Source: Eledone cirrhosa
Taxonomy: Eukaryota
Assembly (NCBI GenBank): GCA_964016885.1
Contig: OZ024740.1
Location: 1,240,001 to 1,304,000, forward strand
Reading direction: 5' to 3'
Length of the DNA: 64,000 nt
This document shows positions 1-14,437 of this stretch, piece after piece. The number at the start of each line of letters is the position of its first letter. Positions within the stretch are counted from its first letter, which is position 1. A model generated the notes under the pieces. The model was not told where the DNA came from. It ran no database searches and saw only the letters and a program-made list of their open reading frames with translations. Position numbers and translations under genes: made by a program.

Positions 1-138
1 AATTGGAATAAATGCTCTGAAATAGCGATATATATGTGAATATAGACATAGAATATTCGAAAATATTCTGTATGTTTATAATAAACATTTTGAAGACCTA
101 ATCGCTATAGAATAGAATACGTCACGTATTACAATTAG

Positions 139-228
139 ATTCTCGATAAAAGCAAGGGAAGTAAGTCTACGCGTTTCATTCTTGTTAGAATTCATCAGGA
201 CTACATATCCAGTGCTTTTATCGAGAAT
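139..228 (-). ncRNA. Type I hammerhead ribozyme, minus-strand representative (cores at 192, 503, 814, 1125)
   Basis: Reverse complement of 1736-1825; TCATCAG (=CUGAUGA) at 192-198. Confidence 0.9.
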
Positions 229-1735
229 GACACAGCTAGAGACTTATAGAATACTTAGCTGTGTACAGGAACTGGTTTGAAAGAGCGGTTGCCGGTCCGG
301 CAGAAATTAGAAATTGGAATAAATGCTCTGAAATAGCGATATATATGTGAATATAGACATAGAATATTCGAAAATATTCTGTATGTTTATAATAAACATT
401 TTGAAGACCTAATCGCTATAGAATAGAATACGTCACGTATTACAATTAGATTCTCGATAAAAGCAAGGGAAGTAAGTCTACGCGTTTCATTCTTGTTAGA
501 ATTCATCAGGACTACATATCCAGTGCTTTTATCGAGAATGACACAGCTAGAGACTTATAGAATACTTAGCTGTGTACAGGAACTGGTTTGAAAGAGCGGT
601 TGCCGGTCCGGCAGAAATTAGAAATTGGAATAAATGCTCTGAAATAGCGATATATATGTGAATATAGACATAGAATATTCGAAAATATTCTGTATGTTTA
701 TAATAAACATTTTGAAGACCTAATCGCTATAGAATAGAATACGTCACGTATTACAATTAGATTCTCGATAAAAGCAAGGGAAGTAAGTCTACGCGTTTCA
801 TTCTTGTTAGAATTCATCAGGACTACATATCCAGTGCTTTTATCGAGAATGACACAGCTAGAGACTTATAGAATACTTAGCTGTGTACAGGAACTGGTTT
901 GAAAGAGCGGTTGCCGGTCCGGCAGAAATTAGAAATTGGAATAAATGCTCTGAAATAGCGATATATATGTGAATATAGACATAGAATATTCGAAAATATT
1001 CTGTATGTTTATAATAAACATTTTGAAGACCTAATCGCTATAGAATAGAATACGTCACGTATTACAATTAGATTCTCGATAAAAGCAAGGGAAGTAAGTC
1101 TACGCGTTTCATTCTTGTTAGAATTCATCAGGACTACATATCCAGTGCTTTTATCGAGAATGACACAGCTAGAGACTTATAGAATACTTAGCTGTGTACA
1201 GGAACTGGTTTGAAAGAGCGGTTGCCGGTCCGGCAGAAATTAGAAATTGGAATAAATGCTCTGAAATAGCGATATATATGTGAATATAGACATAGAATAT
1301 TCGAAAATATTCTGTATGTTTATAATAAACATTTTGAAGACCTAATTGTAATACGTGACGTATTCTATTCTATAGCGATTAGGTCTTCAAAATGTTTATT
1401 ATAAACATACAGAATATTTTCGAATATTCTATGTCTATATTCACATATATATCGCTATTTCAGAGCATTTCAGAGCAAAATATTCTGTATGTTTATAATA
1501 AACATTTTGAAGACCTAATTGTAATACGTGACGTATTCTATTCTATAGCGATTAGGTCTTCAAAATGTTTATTATAAACATACAGAATATTTTCGAATAT
1601 TCTATGTCTATATTCACATATATATCGCTATTTCAGAGCATTTATTCCAATTTCTAATTTCTGCCGGACCGGCAACCGCTCTTTCAAACCAGTTCCTGTA
1701 CACAGCTAAGTATTCTATAAGTCTCTAGCTGTGTC

Positions 1736-1825
1736 ATTCTCGATAAAAGCACTGGATATGTAGTCCTGATGAATTCTAACAAGAATGAAACGCGTAGACT
1801 TACTTCCCTTGCTTTTATCGAGAAT
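1736..1825 (+). ncRNA. Type I hammerhead ribozyme, plus-strand representative (cores at 1766, 2077, 2388, 2699, 3010, 3321, 3632, 3943, 4254)
   Basis: Helix I GTAGTC 1760-1765 / GAC(T)TAC 1797-1803; CTGATGA 1766-1772; helix II ATTCT-aaca-AGAAT; GAAA 1787-1790; minimal palindromic helix III ACGCGT; GUA cleavage triplet, cut after 1796; outer 16-bp stem 1736-1751/1810-1825. Confidence 0.92.
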
Positions 1826-4444
1826 CTAATTGTAATACGTGACGTATTCTATTCTATAGCGATTAGGTCTTCAAAATGTTTATTATAAACATACAGAATA
1901 TTTTCGAATATTCTATGTCTATATTCACATATATATCGCTATTTCAGAGCATTTATTCCAATTTCTAATTTCTGCCGGACCGGCAACCGCTCTTTCAAAC
2001 CAGTTCCTGTACACAGCTAAGTATTCTATAAGTCTCTAGCTGTGTCATTCTCGATAAAAGCACTGGATATGTAGTCCTGATGAATTCTAACAAGAATGAA
2101 ACGCGTAGACTTACTTCCCTTGCTTTTATCGAGAATCTAATTGTAATACGTGACGTATTCTATTCTATAGCGATTAGGTCTTCAAAATGTTTATTATAAA
2201 CATACAGAATATTTTCGAATATTCTATGTCTATATTCACATATATATCGCTATTTCAGAGCATTTATTCCAATTTCTAATTTCTGCCGGACCGGCAACCG
2301 CTCTTTCAAACCAGTTCCTGTACACAGCTAAGTATTCTATAAGTCTCTAGCTGTGTCATTCTCGATAAAAGCACTGGATATGTAGTCCTGATGAATTCTA
2401 ACAAGAATGAAACGCGTAGACTTACTTCCCTTGCTTTTATCGAGAATCTAATTGTAATACGTGACGTATTCTATTCTATAGCGATTAGGTCTTCAAAATG
2501 TTTATTATAAACATACAGAATATTTTCGAATATTCTATGTCTATATTCACATATATATCGCTATTTCAGAGCATTTATTCCAATTTCTAATTTCTGCCGG
2601 ACCGGCAACCGCTCTTTCAAACCAGTTCCTGTACACAGCTAAGTATTCTATAAGTCTCTAGCTGTGTCATTCTCGATAAAAGCACTGGATATGTAGTCCT
2701 GATGAATTCTAACAAGAATGAAACGCGTAGACTTACTTCCCTTGCTTTTATCGAGAATCTAATTGTAATACGTGACGTATTCTATTCTATAGCGATTAGG
2801 TCTTCAAAATGTTTATTATAAACATACAGAATATTTTCGAATATTCTATGTCTATATTCACATATATATCGCTATTTCAGAGCATTTATTCCAATTTCTA
2901 ATTTCTGCCGGACCGGCAACCGCTCTTTCAAACCAGTTCCTGTACACAGCTAAGTATTCTATAAGTCTCTAGCTGTGTCATTCTCGATAAAAGCACTGGA
3001 TATGTAGTCCTGATGAATTCTAACAAGAATGAAACGCGTAGACTTACTTCCCTTGCTTTTATCGAGAATCTAATTGTAATACGTGACGTATTCTATTCTA
3101 TAGCGATTAGGTCTTCAAAATGTTTATTATAAACATACAGAATATTTTCGAATATTCTATGTCTATATTCACATATATATCGCTATTTCAGAGCATTTAT
3201 TCCAATTTCTAATTTCTGCCGGACCGGCAACCGCTCTTTCAAACCAGTTCCTGTACACAGCTAAGTATTCTATAAGTCTCTAGCTGTGTCATTCTCGATA
3301 AAAGCACTGGATATGTAGTCCTGATGAATTCTAACAAGAATGAAACGCGTAGACTTACTTCCCTTGCTTTTATCGAGAATCTAATTGTAATACGTGACGT
3401 ATTCTATTCTATAGCGATTAGGTCTTCAAAATGTTTATTATAAACATACAGAATATTTTCGAATATTCTATGTCTATATTCACATATATATCGCTATTTC
3501 AGAGCATTTATTCCAATTTCTAATTTCTGCCGGACCGGCAACCGCTCTTTCAAACCAGTTCCTGTACACAGCTAAGTATTCTATAAGTCTCTAGCTGTGT
3601 CATTCTCGATAAAAGCACTGGATATGTAGTCCTGATGAATTCTAACAAGAATGAAACGCGTAGACTTACTTCCCTTGCTTTTATCGAGAATCTAATTGTA
3701 ATACGTGACGTATTCTATTCTATAGCGATTAGGTCTTCAAAATGTTTATTATAAACATACAGAATATTTTCGAATATTCTATGTCTATATTCACATATAT
3801 ATCGCTATTTCAGAGCATTTATTCCAATTTCTAATTTCTGCCGGACCGGCAACCGCTCTTTCAAACCAGTTCCTGTACACAGCTAAGTATTCTATAAGTC
3901 TCTAGCTGTGTCATTCTCGATAAAAGCACTGGATATGTAGTCCTGATGAATTCTAACAAGAATGAAACGCGTAGACTTACTTCCCTTGCTTTTATCGAGA
4001 ATCTAATTGTAATACGTGACGTATTCTATTCTATAGCGATTAGGTCTTCAAAATGTTTATTATAAACATACAGAATATTTTCGAATATTCTATGTCTATA
4101 TTCACATATATATCGCTATTTCAGAGCATTTATTCCAATTTCTAATTTCTGCCGGACCGGCAACCGCTCTTTCAAACCAGTTCCTGTACACAGCTAAGTA
4201 TTCTATAAGTCTCTAGCTGTGTCATTCTCGATAAAAGCACTGGATATGTAGTCCTGATGAATTCTAACAAGAATGAAACGCGTAGACTTACTTCCCTTGC
4301 TTTTATCGAGAATCTAATTGTAATACGTGACGTATTCTATTCTATAGCGATTAGGTCTTCAAAATGTTTATTATAAACATACAGAATATTTTCGAATATT
4401 CTATGTCTATATTCACATATATATCGCTATTTCAGAGCATTTAT

Positions 4445-4993
<549 letters not shown>

Positions 4994-7900
4994 CATCATC
5001 ATCATCATCATCACCGTTTTACGTCCGTTCTTCCACGCTAGCATGGGTTAGACGGGTTGTCCTGTTGTGGGCAGTGTCTGGTCGGCTGACCATGCCTTGC
5101 TCATACAGGAACTGATCTGGCTTGATTTCTACAGCTGGATGCCCTTCCTAACACCAACCTCATTTACAGTGAGTGCTGGGTGCTTTTTCGTGGCGCCTAC
5201 ACGTCCACTTTACAGTGTGGGCTGGGTGCTTTTTTGCCGTGGCACCTCCACGACCACCTTGCGGTGGGGGGGGGGGGGGCATATTGTTTATATGCTTCAG
5301 CATGTACCCATGGGAGGTCGGGTACCCTGTATTACTGCGTGACGCCAGAAGTCACGGTCGTGTGTCATTGACTTTGAGAGGTGTAGTTGGGTAAGGTCGG
5401 CTCTTATCACCTCATCCCAAGTCATCTTGGGTCTCCCCACTCCGCGGTTTCCATCAACTTCTAGTGCTCTGCACCTTTTTATGCAGCTGTCATCCTTCAT
5501 ACGCATCACATGTCCATACCAGCGTAACCGCCTCTCCTGCACGCAGCATTTGATTCCTCTTATGCTCAGTCTCTCTCTCAATTCATTTATGCTTTGTCGT
5601 TCACGTATATTACTGTTACACATCCATCGGAGCATGCAGGCTTCGTTTCTCTCTAATCTACGTAAGTCTTCCACCTTCAGCGCCCAGGTCTCACTACCAT
5701 GCAACATCGCTGTTCGGATACACGCATCATACAGTCTGCCTTTCATTCTGAGGGAGAAGCCTTTTGCAGCTAGCAGTGGTAGTAGTTCCCTAAACTTCTT
5801 CCATCCCGTTCTTACCCTAGTTATTGTACTTTCTGAGCACCCACCTCCGTTGCTAATTCGGTCACCTAGGTAGCAGAAGCTGTCTACTGTTTCTACAGGG
5901 CCCTCCCAGAGATTGGTGGTACTTGTTTCCTGTGGCTGTTTGCTTGCTGTTTCAGCACAGCTGCTGCATGTGAATCCTACATTCTTAATTAAGCTTCCTG
6001 AGATCCCGCTACATCTCTTGTGTACCCATTGTTTGCATTTGGGGCAAAGAATGGAGTTCCTACCTACACCTTTCCTACATACTGAGCAAGGCCATTTCCC
6101 TGAGGGGATCTGGGTTCTGTTTTCTCGTCTACTTATAAGGACCTTAGTCTTTGTCATGTTGACTTTGAGGCCCTTTCTCTCTAGTCCCTGCTTCCAGGTT
6201 TGGAATTTATTCTCTAGTTCTACCATAGATTCAGCTATGAGTGCGAGGTCATCAGCATACAGGAGTTCCCATGGGCATCCGGTCTTAAACTCCTCCGTTA
6301 TTGCCTGCAGGACTATGATGAACAGGAGAGGGCTAAGAACAGAGCCCTGGTGGACCCCAACCTGTACGCTAAATTCCTCGCTATACTCATTGCCAATCCT
6401 AACTTTGCTGACTGCTCCCCTATACATGGCTTGTACCGCTTTCACAAGCCATTCATCTACTCCTAGTTTTCTAAGAGCCCACCAGATTACTGCACGTGGA
6501 ACTCTGTCAAAGGCTTTCTCAAGGTCGACAAATGCCAAGTAGAGTGGCTTACTTTTAGCTAGGTACTTTTCCTGTAATTGCCTCACAAGGAAGAGCGCAT
6601 CAGTGGTGCCTTTCCCTGGAACAAACCCAAATTGCATCTCGTCTATATTCACCCGGTCCCTAATCAGCTGTGCTATAACTCTTTCTGTTACTTTCATGAC
6701 CTGGTCCATCAACTTTATACCTCTATAGTTTCCTCTATCTAGTGCATCGCCTTTACCTTTGTAGCAGTTGACAATGATGCTACTGCACCAATCTTTTGGT
6801 ATGGCCCCCTCTAGTATTACCTGGTTAACGATACGTGTGGTTATAGTGTGACCTACAGACCCAGATGCCTTCAGCATCTCGGCAGCTATACCCGATGGAC
6901 CGGTTGCCTTCCCTATCTTCATATCTCTGATTGCCTTACTTACTACGCTGCCGCTGACTTGTACTGCTGGTCCCTCTATAGGGTCTACGTGGGGTAGGGT
7001 CTCTTCTTCCCATGCATTCTCCTCATTTAGTAATCTATCATAATGACTCTTCCATGCATCTTTCTTCTCAGCACTTGTGAGGGCAAGCTCACCTTTATCA
7101 TTCCGGATACACTTCTCTCCAATGACATCACAACTATCTCTGACACACTGCCTCGCAATCTTGAATACCTCCTGTTTCTGGTCCTCACGTTGTAAAACAT
7201 GCTTGAATTTTCTATCCTCTGCTTCCCTCCTAGCTAAGTATACTTGTCGCCTAGCTTCCCTCTTGGTCTCTATGTAATGTACCCTGCTCCCCCCGTTCTT
7301 CCATTCTTTCCATGCCTGTCTCTTGGCCTTGACTGCTTCATCTACCTTATTGTTCCACCACCAAGTCACTCTCCTCCTGCTTGAGGTCTTACTCCAGCCA
7401 CAAACCTCATCCGTCGCCTCTAGTAAGTTATTTTTTAGGAACTCCCAGTTCTCTTCTACGTTAAATGTCTCTATCTGTTCTTCTTTACTGTCGTAGGCGT
7501 TGAGTAAAATATCTTTAAATCTGTTACTGGTTGAGGGGACTTTCAGCTTCCAGATCTTTCTTCTCCAGGTTGGCCTCTGTTTCAGGGCTCGTCTAGTTCT
7601 GACCGTGAGGTCGCTGACAACTAAGCTATGTTGGGATGTACATTCCTCACTAGGGAAGGCTTTTGTGTTTACGACCGTCCATCTGTCACGTCCTCTGATG
7701 AGAATAAAATCTAACTGACTAGAGTGCTCCCCTAAGTTATAGGTGATCAGGTGGTTGTCGGGTTTTTTAAAGTTTGTGTTACATATCGACATGTCATTGG
7801 CGTCGCAGAATTCTAGAAGTCTGAATCCTTCCTCATTCCTTGTGCCAACTCCATGGCCTCCATGTACTCTATTGAAGCCGTCGCAGTGTTTACCTACGTG

Positions 7901-8651
7901 TCCGTTAAAATCTCCTGCAATGATTAGGAAGTCCTTGTCGTCTGTTAGAGCAGTAGTGTGTATTAGGGACTCGTAAAACCTATCCTTAAGTTCGTCTGGC
8001 AGCCCCGATTGGGGTGCGTAAGCTGATATTATTGTGGTAATTGTCTTATTCAGGACTAGTCTGAGTTTAATGATTCTTGCATTTACCCTGTACACTGAGA
8101 TTACTTTATCTACCCACTTGTCAGCTAATAGTATACCTACACCACCCATCCCATCGTCATTTCCCACCCAGAAGAATTTGTAGCACTGGCTTTTTCCTAC
8201 AAGGACTCTAGCAGACCCTCCTCTCCATCTAGTCTCTTGCACACAGCATACATCAACTTCCTTTCGCTCTAGCATTTCTACGATTTCTCCTGCTCTTCCT
8301 TTCATTGAGCCTACATTGATGGTACCAACTCGGAGTTTTGGGCATTTGTCGACACTCGTAGGGGAGGGTCTCTGGGTTGGCGCTTCACGTGGGTGCTTGG
8401 TAGCTCGCAGATTCATATTTCATCTATTGATTCAGAGTTGCTCGTGTATTCCCAGCTCATCCATCCATAACGGTGGGAAAATTGAGGGCTAGAAGGTGGT
8501 GGGGTAATGGCAGGGTGTGTTGGGATGCGCCAGAGGAGGAGAGAGTTAGTTAGGCAGGTAGTAGCAGCAGCAGCAGTGGAAATGGCATGCTAGGTTTGAT
8601 TGGTCGAATAGACTATGGTGGTGTGTGGGGGTGGGGGGGAGGGAAATTGTG
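4994..8651 (-). mobile_element. RTE-clade LINE, family A, near full length
   Basis: Intact APE-RT ORF; about 300-bp 3'UTR ending ...GGACGTAAAACGGT(GAT)n; about 235 bp upstream of the ORF; (AT)n on both sides. Confidence 0.95.
5297..8416 (-). CDS. RTE LINE polyprotein: AP-endonuclease + reverse transcriptase with a C4HC3 (PHD-like) insertion
   Basis: 1039 aa, no stops. APE motifs GTINVG, VQETRW, GDFNGH, LDFIL, SQHSLV; RT motifs [30 protein letters not shown]; RTE-type C-terminus RRLRWYGHVMR...GRPKMTW. Confidence 0.96.
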   Translation of the reverse strand: MNLRATKHPREAPTQRPSPTSVDKCPKLRVGTINVGSMKGRAGEIVEMLERKEVDVCCVQETRWRGGSARVLVGKSQCYKFFWVGNDDGMGGVGILLADKWVDKVISVYRVNARIIKLRLVLNKTITTIISAYAPQSGLPDELKDRFYESLIHTTALTDDKDFLIIAGDFNGHVGKHCDGFNRVHGGHGVGTRNEEGFRLLEFCDANDMSICNTNFKKPDNHLITYNLGEHSSQLDFILIRGRDRWTVVNTKAFPSEECTSQHSLVVSDLTVRTRRALKQRPTWRRKIWKLKVPSTSNRFKDILLNAYDSKEEQIETFNVEENWEFLKNNLLEATDEVCGWSKTSSRRRVTWWWNNKVDEAVKAKRQAWKEWKNGGSRVHYIETKREARRQVYLARREAEDRKFKHVLQREDQKQEVFKIARQCVRDSCDVIGEKCIRNDKGELALTSAEKKDAWKSHYDRLLNEENAWEEETLPHVDPIEGPAVQVSGSVVSKAIRDMKIGKATGPSGIAAEMLKASGSVGHTITTRIVNQVILEGAIPKDWCSSIIVNCYKGKGDALDRGNYRGIKLMDQVMKVTERVIAQLIRDRVNIDEMQFGFVPGKGTTDALFLVRQLQEKYLAKSKPLYLAFVDLEKAFDRVPRAVIWWALRKLGVDEWLVKAVQAMYRGAVSKVRIGNEYSEEFSVQVGVHQGSVLSPLLFIIVLQAITEEFKTGCPWELLYADDLALIAESMVELENKFQTWKQGLERKGLKVNMTKTKVLISRRENRTQIPSGKWPCSVCRKGVGRNSILCPKCKQWVHKRCSGISGSLIKNVGFTCSSCAETASKQPQETSTTNLWEGPVETVDSFCYLGDRISNGGGCSESTITRVRTGWKKFRELLPLLAAKGFSLRMKGRLYDACIRTAMLHGSETWALKVEDLRRLERNEACMLRWMCNSNIRERQSINELRERLSIRGIKCCVQERRLRWYGHVMRMKDDSCIKRCRALEVDGNRGVGRPKMTWDEVIRADLTQLHLSKSMTHDRDFWRHAVIQGTRPPMGTC

Positions 8652-8664
8652 ATATATATATATA

Positions 8665-8746
<82 letters not shown>

Positions 8747-8749
8747 TTA

Positions 8750-8815
<66 letters not shown>

Positions 8816-8816
8816 T

Positions 8817-8888
<72 letters not shown>

Positions 8889-8895
8889 TATATAA

Positions 8896-8938
<43 letters not shown>

Positions 8939-8948
8939 TATATATATA

Positions 8949-8980
<32 letters not shown>

Positions 8981-9798
8981 AATAACTTTGAATAACTTTG
9001 AAATGTTTTGGCCAGTATTGGCCCAGGCCATGTCTAACTTAATAGCACCACCTGGCGAAGTCTTTCAATTCAGGATTTGGGCACCATGGCCCATTCGAGA
9101 AGAGAATTACTGTTTGCGGAGACATATCCGGGTGTGGGTGGTTTGTCCGGGATTACTTGGAGGAATTTGTCCAAAGACTTCTTGAATTTTGTGTGGTCAG
9201 TTTCTGTTTTGACGTGTCCTGGTGTGATGTTGAAGAGAGCAGGGCCGATTGAGGTGAAATAATTGTGCCGTATTGTTGTTATGAGTTGCGATTTAGATTT
9301 TTGAATGGGACGGATAGCACGGGGCCCAAGCCTTGGGTGTATCTTGAAGGCGATGCCAACATCATTTGGGCAGTGATGATGGAACATTTTCCACATCATG
9401 CAGATAATATAACGCTCACGGCGACGTTGGAGTGAGTAAAGTTTCAGGTTTTCCAATCGACCCCAGTAGTCAAGGTCTGACATGCCATCTATCTTTTTCG
9501 TGATTGCCCTTTGAGGAGCTTCAAGTTTCATGATACTTTGTTTCGTGTGGGGAGACCACAGTGGACAACAGTATTCAAGGTGTGGTCGGGCGAAAGTAGA
9601 GAAGAGAAGGATAATGGTGCGGGAATCTCTCGACTGGAAGGTTCTGAGGATCCAGGAACACATTCTGCGGGCCATGTCAACTTTGCTGCTTATATGCGTG
9701 GTCCAGCTTATGTTGCTGTCCACGGTTACTCCCAAGTCTCTGATGTTGTTAGATGCCACGAGAGTTTCCCCGGAGGGAAGGGAGTACGGGAGTTTCAT
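8981..9798 (-). mobile_element. 5'-truncated CR1/Jockey-group LINE (RT C-terminus + 3'UTR, (TTCAAAGTTA)n-like tail)
   Basis: ORF 9070-9798 has [43 protein letters not shown]. Confidence 0.88.
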
Positions 9799-9835
9799 AT
9801 AAATATATATATATATATAAATATATATATATATA

Positions 9836-9903
<68 letters not shown>

Positions 9904-9928
9904 TATATAAATATATATATATATAAAT

Positions 9929-9973
<45 letters not shown>

Positions 9974-10014
9974 TATATAAATATATATATATATAAATAT
10001 ATATATATATAAAT

Positions 10015-10218
<204 letters not shown>

Positions 10219-10225
10219 ATATATA

Positions 10226-10262
<37 letters not shown>

Positions 10263-10277
10263 TTATATATATATATA

Positions 10278-10316
<39 letters not shown>

Positions 10317-10424
10317 TTATATATATATATACTTATATATATATATATATATATATACTTATATATATATATATATATATATACTTATATATATATATAT
10401 ATATACTTATATATATATATACTT

Positions 10425-12619
10425 ACGCCTACGACAGTAAAGAAGAACAGATAGAGACATTTAACGTAGAAGAGAACTGGGAGTTCCTAAAAAATAACTT
10501 ACTAGAGGCGACGGATGAGGTTTGTGGCTGGAGTAAGACCTCAAGCAGGAGGAGAGTGACTTGGTGGTGGAACAATAAAGTAGATGAAGCAGTCAAGGCC
10601 AAGAGACAGGCATGGAAAGAATGGAAGAACGGGGGGAGCAGGGTACATTACATAGAGACCAAGAGGGAAGCTAGGCGACAAGTATACTTAGCTAGGAGGG
10701 AAGCAGAGGATAGAAAATTCAAGCATGTTTTACAACGTGAGGACCAGAAACAGGAGGTATTCAAGATTGCGAGGCAGTGTGTCAGAGATAGTTGTGATGT
10801 CATTGGAGAGAAGTGTATCCGGAATGATAAAGGTGAGCTTGCCCTCACAAGTGCTGAGAAGAAAGATGCATGGAAGAGTCATTATGATAGATTACTAAAT
10901 GAGGAGAATGCATGGGAAGAAGAGACCCTACCCCACGTAGACCCTATAGAGGGACCAGCAGTACAAGTCAGCGGCAGCGTAGTAAGTAAGGCAATCAGAG
11001 ATATGAAGATAGGGAAGGCAACCGGTCCATCGGGTATAGCTGCCGAGATGCTGAAGGCATCTGGGTCTGTAGGTCACACTATAACCACACGTATCGTTAA
11101 CCAGGTAATACTAGAGGGGGCCATACCAAAAGATTGGTGCAGTAGCATCATTGTCAACTGCTACAAAGGTAAAGGCGATGCACTAGATAGAGGAAACTAT
11201 AGAGGTATAAAGTTGATGGACCAGGTCATGAAAGTAACAGAAAGAGTTATAGCACAGCTGATTAGGGACCGGGTGAATATAGACGAGATGCAATTTGGGT
11301 TTGTTCCAGGGAAAGGCACCACTGATGCGCTCTTCCTTGTGAGGCAATTACAGGAAAAGTACCTAGCTAAAAGTAAGCCACTCTACTTGGCATTTGTCGA
11401 CCTTGAGAAAGCCTTTGACAGAGTTCCACGTGCAGTAATCTGGTGGGCTCTTAGAAAACTAGGAGTAGATGAATGGCTTGTGAAAGCGGTACAAGCCATG
11501 TATAGGGGAGCAGTCAGCAAAGTTAGGATTGGCAATGAGTATAGCGAGGATTTAGCGTACAGGTTGGGGTCCACCAGGGCTCTGTTCTTAGCCCTCTCCT
11601 GTTCATCATAGTCCTGCAGGCAATAACGGAGGAGTTTAAGACCGGATGCCCATGGGAACTCCTGTATGCTGATGACCTCGCACTCATAGCTGAATCTATG
11701 GTAGAACTAGAGAATAAATTCCAAACCTGGAAGCAGGGACTAGAGAGAAAGGGCCTCAAAGTCAACATGACAAAGACTAAGGTCCTTATAAGTAGACGAG
11801 AAAACAGAACCCAGATCCCCTCAGGGAAATGGCCTTGCTCAGTATGTAGGAAAGGTGTAGGTAGGAACTCCATTCTTTGCCCCAAATGCAAACAATGGGT
11901 ACACAAGAGATGTAGCGGGATCTCAGGAAGCTTAATTAAGAATGTAGGATTCACATGCAGCAGCTGTGCTGAAACAGCAAGCAAACAGCCACAGGAAACA
12001 AGTACCACCAATCTCTGGGAGGGCCCTGTAGAAACAGTAGACAGCTTCTGCTACCTAGGTGACCGAATTAGCAACGGAGGTGGGTGCTCAGAAAGTACAA
12101 TAACTAGGGTAAGAACGGGATGGAAGAAGTTTAGGGAACTACTACCACTGCTAGCTGCAAAAGGCTTCTCCCTCAGAATGAAAGGCAGACTGTATGATGC
12201 GTGTATCCGAACAGCGATGTTGCATGGTAGTGAGACCTGGGCGCTGAAGGTGGAAGACTTACGTAGATTAGAGAGAAACGAAGCCTGCATGCTCCGATGG
12301 ATGTGTAACAGTAATATACGTGAACGACAAAGCATAAATGAATTGAGAGAGAGACTGAGCATAAGAGGAATCAAATGCTGCGTGCAGGAGAGGCGGTTAC
12401 GCTGGTATGGACATGTGATGCGAAAAAGCACCCAGCACTCACTGTAAATGAGGTTGGTGTTAGGAAGGGCATCCAGCTGTAGAAATCAAGCCAGATCAGT
12501 TCCTGTATGAGCAAGGCATGGTCAGCCGACCAGACACTGCCCACAACAGGACAACCCGTCTAACCCATGCTAGCGTGGAAGAACGGACGTAAAACGGTGA
12601 TGATGATGATGATGATGAT
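10425..12619 (+). mobile_element. RTE family A copy, 5'-truncated, frameshifted, with 3' internal deletion
   Basis: Nearly identical to the reverse complement of the element at 4994-8651. 1-bp deletion near 11550. At about 12422 it jumps from ...GTGATGCG into the 3'UTR (AAAAAGCACCC). (GAT)n tail. Confidence 0.95.

Positions 12620-14437
<1,818 letters not shown>

Larger units (their letters stand above)
1..4450. repeat. 311-bp tandem array of hammerhead-ribozyme units (non-LTR retrozyme-like), with an internal inversion
   Basis: AATTGGAATA recurs at 1, 312, 623, 934, 1245 (period 311). From about 1515 to 4450 the same unit runs in reverse complement (about 9.4 units). Units look identical by eye. 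The array is cut by the window start and ends in (AT)n. Confidence 0.95.

Noticed and set aside
1797-2107. Internal Pol III promoter or coding role for the 311-bp unit (ORF 1392-1577)
   Set aside because: No clear A/B boxes, and T4 runs on the sense strand would tend to terminate Pol III. The ORF exists only across the rearranged junction.
5427-7976. Antisense ORFs over LINE coding regions
   Set aside because: Shadow frames of RT/APE ORFs, repeated only because the elements are repeated.
8417-8651. HDV-like ribozyme at the RTE 5' end
   Set aside because: The C-rich leader shows no nested double pseudoknot I can support; the element may be slightly 5'-truncated.
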